Below, one piece after another: positions 1 through 7,608 of a stretch of DNA of 32,000 nucleotides; the first letter of the stretch is position 1, and each line of letters begins with the position of its first letter. Origin of the DNA: Okeania sp. (GTDB lineage Bacteria > Cyanobacteriota > Cyanobacteriia > Cyanobacteriales > Microcoleaceae). Under the pieces are notes generated by a model. The model saw only the letters and a list, made by a program, of their open reading frames with translations. It had not been told where the DNA came from and searched no databases. A program made the position numbers and the translations under genes. Where the stretch lies: NCBI RefSeq assembly GCF_035285525.1, contig NZ_JAYKGW010000018.1:60001-92000 (forward strand). Direction: 5' to 3'.

Positions 1-720
1 TCGGTTTTGTTCAGCCTCCACAGAAAATTGAGCAATTTGATACTCCTCAGCAGCAAAAGCTTGAACCACCTTAATACCACCAAATACCTCCGTTATTAAA
101 GCCGATAAATTAGAAATATGATTCTGACTTTGGTGGGAAAAAGAAAGTAATAACTCTCCAAACCAACCTATCAATAAAGCCATCAAAGGAGCAATAATTA
201 GAGTTGCAAAAGTTAATTGCCAATTCAAATAAACCATGTACCCAAGCACAACAATTAACTGTAAAATGCAAGGCACAAATTGGTGAAAAAACTTATTAAT
301 AACCTCCCCAGTCCGGTCAATATCCTCCGTTATCCGATAGGAAAGGTCTCCAGTTTTTGAACTTTCAAAATAACTAATATCCAGCCTTTGTAAGTGAGAA
401 TAAACTCTTTTTCGCAAATCTAAAGCAATATTTAAAGCGGCTTTTGCCATTAGGGTATCTTGACCATACTGCACCGTACCCTTAATCAGAAAAATAATAG
501 CTGCTAGACCAGCCAGTTGAGCGATCGCTCCCACATCTCCCTTGCCAATATAACCTGCCATTTCACCCATTAGCCAAGCTAAAATAGGCCAAAAAATAGT
601 AAAGATTAATGTACAAATCAATGCCTTAATAATTGTTGGCCAGTAGGTATAAACATAAGGTAAAAGCTGCCAATAATTAGAGCTTGATTTTAATCTGCCC
701 AGCTTAATTTGATTTTTCAA
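1..720 (-). CDS. ABC transporter, exporter type (fused permease/ATPase): N-terminal transmembrane domain. The gene runs off the left edge.
   Basis: Absent from the ORF track because it leaves the window. My minus-strand translation starts at TTG 720-718, with an in-frame TGA upstream at 747-745. It reads LKNQIKLGRLKSSSNYWQLLPYVYTYWPTIIKALICTLIFTIFWPILAWLMGEMAGYIGKGDVGAIAQLAGLAAIIFLIKGTVQYGQDTLMAKAALNIALDLRKRVYSHLQRLDISYFESSKTGDLSYRITEDIDRTGEVINKFFHQFVPCILQLIVVLGYMVYLNWQLTFATLIIAPLMALL...GGIKVVQAFAAEEYQIAQFSVEAEQN. This is the pattern of the six-helix ABC_membrane domain of MsbA-like exporters. There is no room for an N-terminal C39 peptidase domain. The start codon is uncertain. Confidence 0.7.
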   Translation of the reverse strand, partial: MKNQIKLGRLKSSSNYWQLLPYVYTYWPTIIKALICTLIFTIFWPILAWLMGEMAGYIGKGDVGAIAQLAGLAAIIFLIKGTVQYGQDTLMAKAALNIALDLRKRVYSHLQRLDISYFESSKTGDLSYRITEDIDRTGEVINKFFHQFVPCILQLIVVLGYMVYLNWQLTFATLIIAPLMALLIGWFGELLLSFSHQSQNHISNLSALITEVFGGIKVVQAFAAEEYQIAQFSVEAEQNR

Positions 721-1108
721 AATATTATAAATTTTTCTATATTTTCAAGATAAAAAACTTGCGTTTAGGGATTTAGCATGATAGAACAGTCATAAGCCAA
801 GTCGTGGAAAAGTTTGGTAAGAATCTATAGTCCATCCTACACACCAAAGGCCAGCCTAATTTGATTTGGCATTTTTACTTGATACTTATAACTCATGTGA
901 TATTCTGTAAAATGCCAATCTAAAGCTTATATGTCCGATTTTTGGCATAAACTGGGAATATATCTACCAAACCCCAAGTACAATTTTTACATCTACTTTT
1001 TTAAGATTCTGTTTCAAAGACATCTTTGAATTAGTATGTAATTGTTAATATAGGTAAAATCCTATTTTGTAGTAGTTCATTTATTATTTAGGTTAAACAG
1101 AGGAAATT

Positions 1109-1468
1109 ATGGAAACATTAGCATTTTCCCATTTAGCTATCAATACAGAAAACTCTGACAATGAGTATACTGTTTGTGTAGACTTCAGCAACCTATCCAC
1201 TGTTGGTGCAATGGGTTTACTATCTGTTGCTACTGTAGTTGGAGCAATGGGCGTAACTGCTGATTCTGCTTCTGCTCATGGTTATGGCTATGGTCGCTAT
1301 AATAACTATGGTAGTTATGGTGGTTATGGTAAATATGGTCGTAGCTCTAGTAACTACTACAGAAAAGTTACCTACACAGAAGTTGTTCGTAAGTCTTACA
1401 ATAAATCCTATGGTAGCTATGGTAACTACGGTGGCTATGGTGGCTATGGTGGCTACGACTGCTACTAA
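1109..1468 (+). CDS. Small secreted-looking protein: METLAFSHLA N-terminal module plus hydrophobic segment, then a 63-aa Gly/Tyr-rich tail
   Basis: ATG start with GAGG 7-10 nt upstream. Residues 1-56 are paralogous to the N-terminus of the next gene: METLA(F/Y)SHLA, ENS, G.MGLLS.AT..GA...TADSA.A. ASA|H resembles a signal-peptidase I site. The tail HGYGYGRYNNYGSYGGYGKYGRSSSNYYRKVTYTEVVRKSYNKSYGSYGNYGGYGGYGGYDCY has 18 Tyr and 16 Gly in 63 residues. A perfect 15-bp hairpin follows the stop. Confidence 0.6.
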   Translation: METLAFSHLAINTENSDNEYTVCVDFSNLSTVGAMGLLSVATVVGAMGVTADSASAHGYGYGRYNNYGSYGGYGKYGRSSSNYYRKVTYTEVVRKSYNKSYGSYGNYGGYGGYGGYDCY

Positions 1469-1475
1469 GCTTTTG

Positions 1476-1527
1476 AGATTATCAAAGTCCACGAATAGAA
1501 GAAACTAATCGAGGACTTTGATAATCT
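1476..1527 (+). terminator. Perfect 15-bp stem hairpin just downstream of the Gly/Tyr-rich gene
   Basis: AGATTATCAAAGTCC (1476-1490) pairs perfectly with GGACTTTGATAATCT (1513-1527) across a 22-nt loop. It starts 8 nt after the stop codon. There is no clean U-tract (TCAAAAATATT follows), so a terminator or RNA-stabilising role is inferred only. Confidence 0.4.
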
Positions 1528-1779
1528 TCAAAAATATTCTGTATAAACAAGCTAGTTTACACGGTAGCTTGATAGTTCAACTAAGGAAATTATAAAATTT
1601 CCTAGTTTAAATTCTAAATTCAACTAAATTCTGCTGAAGTTGGTATACTTTACGGTATTATCAAACACGAAGCATACTATCATTTTGAGTGTTACACCGC
1701 AAAAATACCCAGAATGCTATGAGGCGATAGGGTAGGCACTTAGAATAATAAGGATGTCAAATATTATTACACAGGAATC

Positions 1780-2253
1780 ATGGAAACATTAGCATATTCT
1801 CATTTAGCTACTGCAGAAGAAAATTCTACAGTAGAACTCAGTTTTGAAGGAGTAAACTGGAAAAGATTCTCTAGCTTAGGTGTAATGGGTCTTCTTTCTG
1901 CAGCTACTATTTTAGGCGCTCTCAGTACAACTGCTGACTCTGCTGCGGCTTGCCACCATACTTGTGGTTCAAAATATGGTCATCGTTCATACCGGAAAAG
2001 TTATCGCCCCCGCTATCGCCATGCTTCTTACCATGGTCGTCGTCATGGATATTATCTTTCTTATGGTAGCCGTGGACACAAAGTTGCTAAACTGCAACAC
2101 CAACTAGGAGTTATGGGCTATTTCCACCATCACCGTGCTACTGGTTATTTTGGCCCGAAAACTAAGCATGCAGTTAAAGCATTCCAATATGATGTGGGCT
2201 TAAGACCAGATGGTGTTGTTGGACCTCGGACTATGGCTGCTTTAGGTTTCTAA
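1780..2253 (+). CDS. Peptidoglycan-binding domain protein with METLAYSHLA N-terminal module and a His/Arg/Tyr-rich linker
   Basis: The C-terminal residues (about 101-157) read KLQHQLGVMGYF..ATGYFGPKTKHAVKAFQYDVGLRPDGVVGPRTMAALG. This matches the PG_binding_1 pattern (L..LGY....DG.FG..T..AV..FQ...GL..DG.VG..T...L). The N-terminal METLAYSHLA...NWKRFSS plus hydrophobic segment plus TADSAAA is a module I recognise from cyanobacterial proteins annotated as peptidoglycan-binding. The linker (residues 58-100) has 8 Tyr, 8 Arg and 7 His in 43 residues. Confidence 0.8.
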   Translation: METLAYSHLATAEENSTVELSFEGVNWKRFSSLGVMGLLSAATILGALSTTADSAAACHHTCGSKYGHRSYRKSYRPRYRHASYHGRRHGYYLSYGSRGHKVAKLQHQLGVMGYFHHHRATGYFGPKTKHAVKAFQYDVGLRPDGVVGPRTMAALGF

Positions 2254-2336
2254 TGATAAAAATTTAGCATTATGCTGATGGGTTGAGTAAAATAGAAAAA
2301 TCATCGTTTTTCATCTCATAGTCATTAATTAATGTG

Positions 2337-2380
2337 ATACCAGGAGCAACAATGTTAGTAGATTAGATTGCTCTTGGTAT
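2337..2380 (+). terminator. Hairpin downstream of the PG-binding gene
   Basis: ATACCAGGAGCAA (2337-2349) pairs with TTGCTCTTGGTAT (2368-2380). The stem is 13 bp with one G.U pair and the loop is 18 nt. It is followed by TTATCG, a weak U-tail. Confidence 0.3.
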
Positions 2381-3405
2381 TTATCGTAAGTTTTATTGAG
2401 ATTTTGAAAAGTAGAAACACCGAGAGATTATTTATTTTATATAGTTACAGTAGATTTTATCAAACTTATAGTCTAGTTATTACAGACAAGATGACTGTCT
2501 TACCAAAACTGAGAATTGATAATTAAGCGATTAGGTTTAAAGCTTCTCTTTTTCTCCTTAATAGAGAGAAGTAAGATTTCCTGATGTTTAATTATTTCGG
2601 TTTTAACTAGAGGTTGATATTTGTCTTTCATAAAATTTAGAATCCACCATAACTTAAGAATCGGTGGGTTGACATAATCTCAAATTTGTGTATTAAAAAA
2701 ACTAAGGGATATTTCTCAAACTTAGGATTTGAGCTTTAACTACCTTTTGATTGATGACTATGTTGGGTTGAACTTACTTAAAACCCAAATAATAGGGAAG
2801 GCAACCTTTGTTACTGGTCATGTCCCTTTGTTAATTTTTGTGGCCTAGTTGGATTAGCAATATACTCACCATAAAACAAACTAAATTTTCCAAAATTTTT
2901 CAACCAATGGAGAATAGTTTGTCTAATATATTGAATAAGTGTGTGGTACTGGTTAACTCGAAATGCAGGAGTCCTTAACATATTTCCTACTCCTCATAAT
3001 TTAGTGAAATTGTAGTTGTATATACTATTCTAAGATCCTTTTTAATAATTTAGGGTAGTGTTCTTAATTAAATTTAATAAAGTTAGGGTTTCCTGAAAAA
3101 GTATATTAGCCAGGGAAGGGGACAGGGAAAAGTTGAGAGTATCTGCTACGGCCAAATTTTCTGATAGTCAGGGTTAAAGTTTTACCATTTTGAGACTACA
3201 ACAGCTAAAGACCAGATACTTTTTAACGACCTAAAAAAGTTGAAAACCTTTATATATAAAGGTTTTGATAAAAATTCAGCCAGCCCTAGTTAAGAGGAAT
3301 AGGGAGTTATAGAGGAAATACACGGTTCCCGATAAATCGGAAAAATTATCCCTTATTATCCCTTGACTTGGGTGTTACAATGTCAAAGTTTCTACAATAT
3401 GATAT

Positions 3406-4905
3406 TCAATCACCAACTCCAAAAGCTATCATTTCTCCTTTTCGGAGACGATCCATATAATTTTGTAAATCCTTGGCTACTTGACCACATAAAAAATAGC
3501 CTCCCAAAATATTAGGAAAAGCCATTGACATTAAAGTAGCATCACTAAAATTAATGACAGAAGATGGGTTAGATACTGAACCGATAAAAGTAGCAATCAA
3601 AAACAAAATTTTGTAAATAATTAATCCTTTACCACCAGACAAATAATCCCAACAACGTTCGCCATAGTAGCTCCAAGAAATCATGGTAGAAAAAGCAAAA
3701 CAGAAAACAGCGATCGCCAATAAAGTAGGAAACCAGGTAACAACACTACCAAAAGCAGCAGCAGTTAACTCTGCTCCTTTATTGGCTGACCGCAAAGCAG
3801 CAAATTCTTCAGCATTGTATACCTGACTAATGACAATTACTAAAGCTGTCATATTGCAGACAAGAATAGTATCAATAGAAGGTTCCAATAAAGCAACCAA
3901 ACCTTCACGAATAGGTTCGTCACTTTTAGCCGCAGAGTGAGCGATCGCTGCCGAGCCAACACCAGCTTCATTAGAAAAAGCAGAACGTTGAAACCCTTGA
4001 ATAATCACACCAATAAAACCACCTTCTACTGCTTCCGGAGCAAAAGCACCAGAAATAATAGTAGCGATCGCCCGAGGAATTTCCGTAATATTATTCAGCA
4101 GAATAAAAAGGGCAACTAAAAAATAAATCAGACACATTACAGGAACAAGAGTACCTGCTACTGCACCAATACGCTGAATCCCACCCAGAATTACTAAACC
4201 GACCAAAACTACCAAAACCAAACCATAAAGCCAACTAGGTAAACCTGGTAAGACACTGGAAATGGCACCATAAGACTGATTTGCTTGAAACATATTAGCA
4301 CCACCGAAAGCAGCCAAAACACAAAATACAGAGAATAATACAGCGAGAACTCTGCCTAAAATTCCGTATCCCATTTCTGCTAAACCTGCTGATAGATAGC
4401 GCATTGGTCCACCAGAAATAGTACCATCAGGTTTAACAATGCGATATTTTTGAGCGAGGGTACATTCTACAAATTTAGTGGTCATGCCAAAAAAACCAGC
4501 GATCGTCATCCAGAAAGCGGCTCCAGGTCCACCAATACTAATAGCTATAGCGACACCCGCAATACTACCTAGTCCTACAGTTCCTGATAGTGCTGTAGCT
4601 AAAGCTTGGAAGTGAGTGACTTCTCCTTCATCTTCGGGGTCATCGTATTCACCTCTGAGGATATCAATGGCGTGTTTAAAAGCACGAATATTGATAAATT
4701 TCATTTTGATGGTGAAAAAAATTGCTCCAATTATTAACCATAAAACAATCAAAGGAAAACCACCGATACTGAAGAAAAGGATGCTAAATATTACTTTTAC
4801 ACAACTTGAAAAAATTTGATCGATGCTGTTGATAAAATTATATGCTGTTTCTAATTCTATTGCTAAAGCAACAGTTGGTATTAACTTAAATATAAGCATA
4901 TACAC
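3406..4905 (-). CDS. Alanine/glycine:cation symporter (AGCS family; sodium:alanine symporter-like), paralogue 1
   Basis: The 499-aa polytopic ORF contains AFKHAIDILRGEYDDPEDEGEVTHFQALATALSGTVGLGSIAGVAIAISIGGPGAAFWMTIAGFFGMTTKFVECTLAQKYR and FSNEAGVGSAAIAHSAAKSDEPIREG, both typical of the AGCS family. The track start at 4905 is GTG, with AGGAGG 7 nt upstream. The ATG at 4899 is an alternative start. Confidence 0.9.
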   Translation of the reverse strand: MYMLIFKLIPTVALAIELETAYNFINSIDQIFSSCVKVIFSILFFSIGGFPLIVLWLIIGAIFFTIKMKFINIRAFKHAIDILRGEYDDPEDEGEVTHFQALATALSGTVGLGSIAGVAIAISIGGPGAAFWMTIAGFFGMTTKFVECTLAQKYRIVKPDGTISGGPMRYLSAGLAEMGYGILGRVLAVLFSVFCVLAAFGGANMFQANQSYGAISSVLPGLPSWLYGLVLVVLVGLVILGGIQRIGAVAGTLVPVMCLIYFLVALFILLNNITEIPRAIATIISGAFAPEAVEGGFIGVIIQGFQRSAFSNEAGVGSAAIAHSAAKSDEPIREGLVALLEPSIDTILVCNMTALVIVISQVYNAEEFAALRSANKGAELTAAAFGSVVTWFPTLLAIAVFCFAFSTMISWSYYGERCWDYLSGGKGLIIYKILFLIATFIGSVSNPSSVINFSDATLMSMAFPNILGGYFLCGQVAKDLQNYMDRLRKGEMIAFGVGD

Positions 4906-5315
4906 CCAAGTTCCTCCTTTAATTTTTAACTTTACTTACTAATCGTTTGTATTAACTAGATACTTATACCATGAAACTCTAATTTTTTCAGGATGGCAAT
5001 TCCCCTAAATCATTTTGAGCATCCGGACAAAGCTTAATTTTTTTGAGAAAAGAATTAGATATTTATTTGTTAATGGTTTTTTATATCGCTTATTCATGCT
5101 AGTATATTTTGAAAAAATCAAAATGCTTTTAAGTAAACATTGAGCTATTAGCTATTAGCTTTCTTACTATTATAAGGATAAAATTTTCTCGTTTAAATTA
5201 TCTCTTTTTTCTGGGATTACCTGTAAGTCTACTCAGTCCTCTTGATCTGTGGAAGGCGAAATTTATACATTGATAACTCTAAATTTTGTTTCCGTAATCT
5301 CTCGTAAAATATCAT

Positions 5316-5427
5316 TAGACATCTCCAGAAAAGAGGGAACAGGGAACCAAGAAGGTGGGAACAGTAAGAAATAATTGATAGTTTATGGATAAGAATTGAT
5401 TTGATTGTTTATTTTTGGAGATGTCTA
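5316..5427. mobile_element. 112-bp MITE-like element with terminal inverted repeats TAGACATCTCCAGAAAA / TTTTTGGAGATGTCTA
   Basis: The inverted termini can be read directly. A second full copy of identical length lies at 27427-27538. An inverted partial copy lies at 11274-11349. Internal fragments lie at 5742-5788 and about 15724-15750. Confidence 0.7.
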
Positions 5428-5730
5428 TTAGAATCGCCAATGTCACGAGTAGCTATGCTATTATGAATAGTATAGTGTGTTTGAGGATCAAAATTACACC
5501 AAGTAATTGTTTCTGGAACTTCATTAAACATCGTCTTGCTCATCAGAATCCCTCCTGGTTTAAGAATGGGAGGAGCTGCCTGAAAAAATAGAGAGCGATC
5601 GCTACCAATGATACAATGCAAACAAGGAGCATCTAAAGCAATATCAAAAGAAGCATCAGGAATTTCAGTTATAGCAATGTGCGCACTTAATATTTACAAA
5701 TTGCCGGAGGTGTCCAAGCAGCTCAAAGTT
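5412..5730 (-). pseudogene. Remnant of a class I SAM-dependent methyltransferase (C-terminal part only)
   Basis: The minus-strand frame is open from 5730, with an in-frame TAA at 5733-5731 upstream. It reads NFELLGHLRQFVNIKCAHIAITEIPDASFDIALDAPCLHCIIGSDRSLFFQAAPPILKPGGILMSKTMFNEV... The D.SFD...........DR..F......LKPGG segment is the post-motif-I part of Methyltransf_11/25-type enzymes. The SAM-binding motif I (DxGCGxG) is absent. The last codons and the stop (..NRHLQK*) lie inside the MITE at 5316-5427. Confidence 0.45.
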
Positions 5731-5741
5731 TTATATTATAG

Positions 5742-5788
5742 GCAATTTATTCTCCCAGTTAAGTGTTCCCTCCATACTTGTTCCCTGG
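5742..5788. repeat. Internal fragment of the 112-bp MITE family
   Basis: CAATTTATTCTCCCAGTTAAGTGTTCCCTCCATACTTGTTCCCTGG closely matches 11303-11349 (CAATTCTTCTTCCCAGTTAAGTGTTCCCTCCATACCTGTTCCCTTGG). It lacks terminal repeats. It lies immediately 5' of the methyltransferase remnant. Confidence 0.6.
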
Positions 5789-5852
5789 GCGCAGCGCTAT
5801 AATTTGAGAACATTGGTTTCTACGGTAAATTATTCTTTTTAAGAATAAATAT

Positions 5853-7301
5853 CTATGAGAAACCGGGTTTCTGACTTTGATTTACTGAAATTATTTTTCC
5901 TGTTTGTAAACGTTGCATATAATTTTCTAAGTCTGTTGCTACTTCACCACAGAGGAAATAAGCTCCGAGTAAATTAGGAAAAGCGAGAGCTATTTTTATC
6001 GCATCAGCAAATTGAATGATTGCTTCTGGTTTAGTAATTGTACCCACAAAAATACCTACTAAAAATAACACTTTATATATAATTATACTCCGGTTTCCAA
6101 ATAAATATTGCCAGGCAACTTGACCATAGTAACTCATAGAAATCATAGTAGATAAGGCAAACAAAAATATACAAACTGTCAAAACTAATGAAAACCAATT
6201 AATTGCAGAAGTAAAAGCAGCTAAAGTCAATTCCGAACCACCAAGATTAGCAAATTCTGGATTATTATAAATCCCAGTAATAATTACTACTAATGCAGTC
6301 ATATTACAAATGATAACAGTATCAATAAATGGTTCTAGTAATGCCACAATACCTTCCCGAATAGGTTCATCAGTTTTCGCTGCTGCATGAGCGATCGCTG
6401 CCAAACCCAAACCTGCATCATTAGAAAAAGTGGCGCGACGGAACCCTTGTATTAGAGATCCGACTAAACCACCTGCCATAGCTTGAGGAACAAAAGCACC
6501 ATGAATAATACTAGCTAAAGCATTAGGAATAGCTGTCAAATTAGCCAAAATTATCCATACAGCAGCCAAAAAGTAAATGCCACACATTATAGGTACAATA
6601 GTAGCAGCTACTACAGCGATACGTTTGATACCACCAATAATCACTAATCCTACTATTAATACTAAAACCAATCCGTAGCTCCAGGTTCTTTCGGCAAAAA
6701 ATGGTATAACATTAGCAACGACTACTTGAGACTGATTAGACTGAAATATACTAGAGCTACCCAGTACCGCCAAAACATTGAATAATGCGAACATTCCTGC
6801 TAAAATTTGACCTAGATTTTTTTGTCCCATATTAGCTAAACCTTGAGACAGATAATACATAGGTCCTCCAGCAACTGTACCATCTGGGTTAAAAATGCGA
6901 TATTTTTGAGCTAGGGTACACTCAATAAATTTGGTACTCATGCCTAGAAAACCTGCGATCGTCATCCAAAAAACTGCACCTGGTCCTCCTAAACTAATAG
7001 CAATACTAACTCCGGCAATATTTCCTAATCCCACAGTTCCAGAGAGAGCAGTAGCAAGAGCCTGAAAATGGGAAACTTCACCTTCGTCATTGGGGTCATC
7101 GTATTTGCCCAAAATAATATCTATAGCGTGTTTAAAGGCTCGAAGATTAATAAATTGCATTCGGAGTGTAAAAAATAGACCTCCGCTAATTAACCATAGT
7201 ACAATTAATGGTATACCTTGCTCTCCTCCAATAGTATAGAAAATGATACTATCTATATTTTTTAATAAATCAGAAAAATTAGCGGAAATCCAATCTAACA
7301 T
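5853..7301 (-). CDS. Alanine/glycine:cation symporter (AGCS family), paralogue 2
   Basis: The 482-aa ORF has an ATG start. It carries the same family motifs as paralogue 1: AFKHAIDIILGKYDDPNDEGEVSHFQALATALSGTVGLGNIAGVSIAISLGGPGAVFWMTIAGFLGMSTKFIECTLAQKYR and FSNDAGLGLAAIAHAAAKTDEPIREG. It aligns along its whole length with 3406-4905. Confidence 0.9.
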   Translation of the reverse strand: MLDWISANFSDLLKNIDSIIFYTIGGEQGIPLIVLWLISGGLFFTLRMQFINLRAFKHAIDIILGKYDDPNDEGEVSHFQALATALSGTVGLGNIAGVSIAISLGGPGAVFWMTIAGFLGMSTKFIECTLAQKYRIFNPDGTVAGGPMYYLSQGLANMGQKNLGQILAGMFALFNVLAVLGSSSIFQSNQSQVVVANVIPFFAERTWSYGLVLVLIVGLVIIGGIKRIAVVAATIVPIMCGIYFLAAVWIILANLTAIPNALASIIHGAFVPQAMAGGLVGSLIQGFRRATFSNDAGLGLAAIAHAAAKTDEPIREGIVALLEPFIDTVIICNMTALVVIITGIYNNPEFANLGGSELTLAAFTSAINWFSLVLTVCIFLFALSTMISMSYYGQVAWQYLFGNRSIIIYKVLFLVGIFVGTITKPEAIIQFADAIKIALAFPNLLGAYFLCGEVATDLENYMQRLQTGKIISVNQSQKPGFS

Positions 7302-7608
7302 TTAGTGTAATCGTTCCTAATTTAAACTTTAACATCAGTTGATTTTAGCACTTTAAAAAGGAAGAAGGAAGAGGGAAGAAGGCTGGAAATTTCCTATAGA
7401 TATTAATCAGGACATATATAAAATCGAGATAATTACTATATCCAATTTATTGCGACTGGAACTCCGTGGAAGGAGGCAATCTTAGGGGTTTTTATTCTTA
7501 CTGTGAAACTGCTGATTTAACTTATTTTGTTAACTCTAAAGTGGCTAAATGTTTAAAAGGATGGTTAAATTGTTTTTGCTCAAATACTAAAATAATAGTA
7601 ATCAAATT

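Noticed and set aside
1220-1508. Track ORFs 1220-1492 (-) and 1278-1508 (+), which overlap the Gly/Tyr-rich gene
   Set aside because: Their products are pure low-complexity shadows (runs of V/T/I/A/M) generated by reading the TAT/GGT codon repeats in other frames. The sense frame has the RBS, the paralogous leader and the terminator.
1109-2253. RiPP precursor or bacteriocin interpretation of the two shared-leader genes
   Set aside because: No modifying enzyme, protease or C39-ABC gene is adjacent, and there is no double-glycine or Nif11/NHLP-like leader motif. The second member ends in a full peptidoglycan-binding domain. An export or anchoring prefix explains the data better. The idea is retained only as a weak alternative in the findings.
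5032-5037. TCCGGA (heterocyst-type DIF1 promoter motif) ~130 nt upstream of AGCS paralogue 1. It also occurs at about 12227 and about 13316.
   Set aside because: A 6-mer palindrome is expected a few times by chance in 32 kb at this composition. Two of the three hits fall inside a repeat element or a coding region. No TSS information is available.
4906-5300. Glycine riboswitch (or other leader RNA) upstream of the AGCS symporters, including 7302-7608
   Set aside because: AGCS genes are riboswitch-controlled in some bacteria. I read both leaders on the coding strand and did not find the conserved GGAGAG...CACCG/ACCGAAGG cores or a tandem-aptamer layout. Only an Infernal scan could exclude it formally.
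5608-5802. 64-aa track ORF on the plus strand
   Set aside because: It is antisense to the methyltransferase remnant and runs into the MITE fragment. It has no recognisable motif or RBS.
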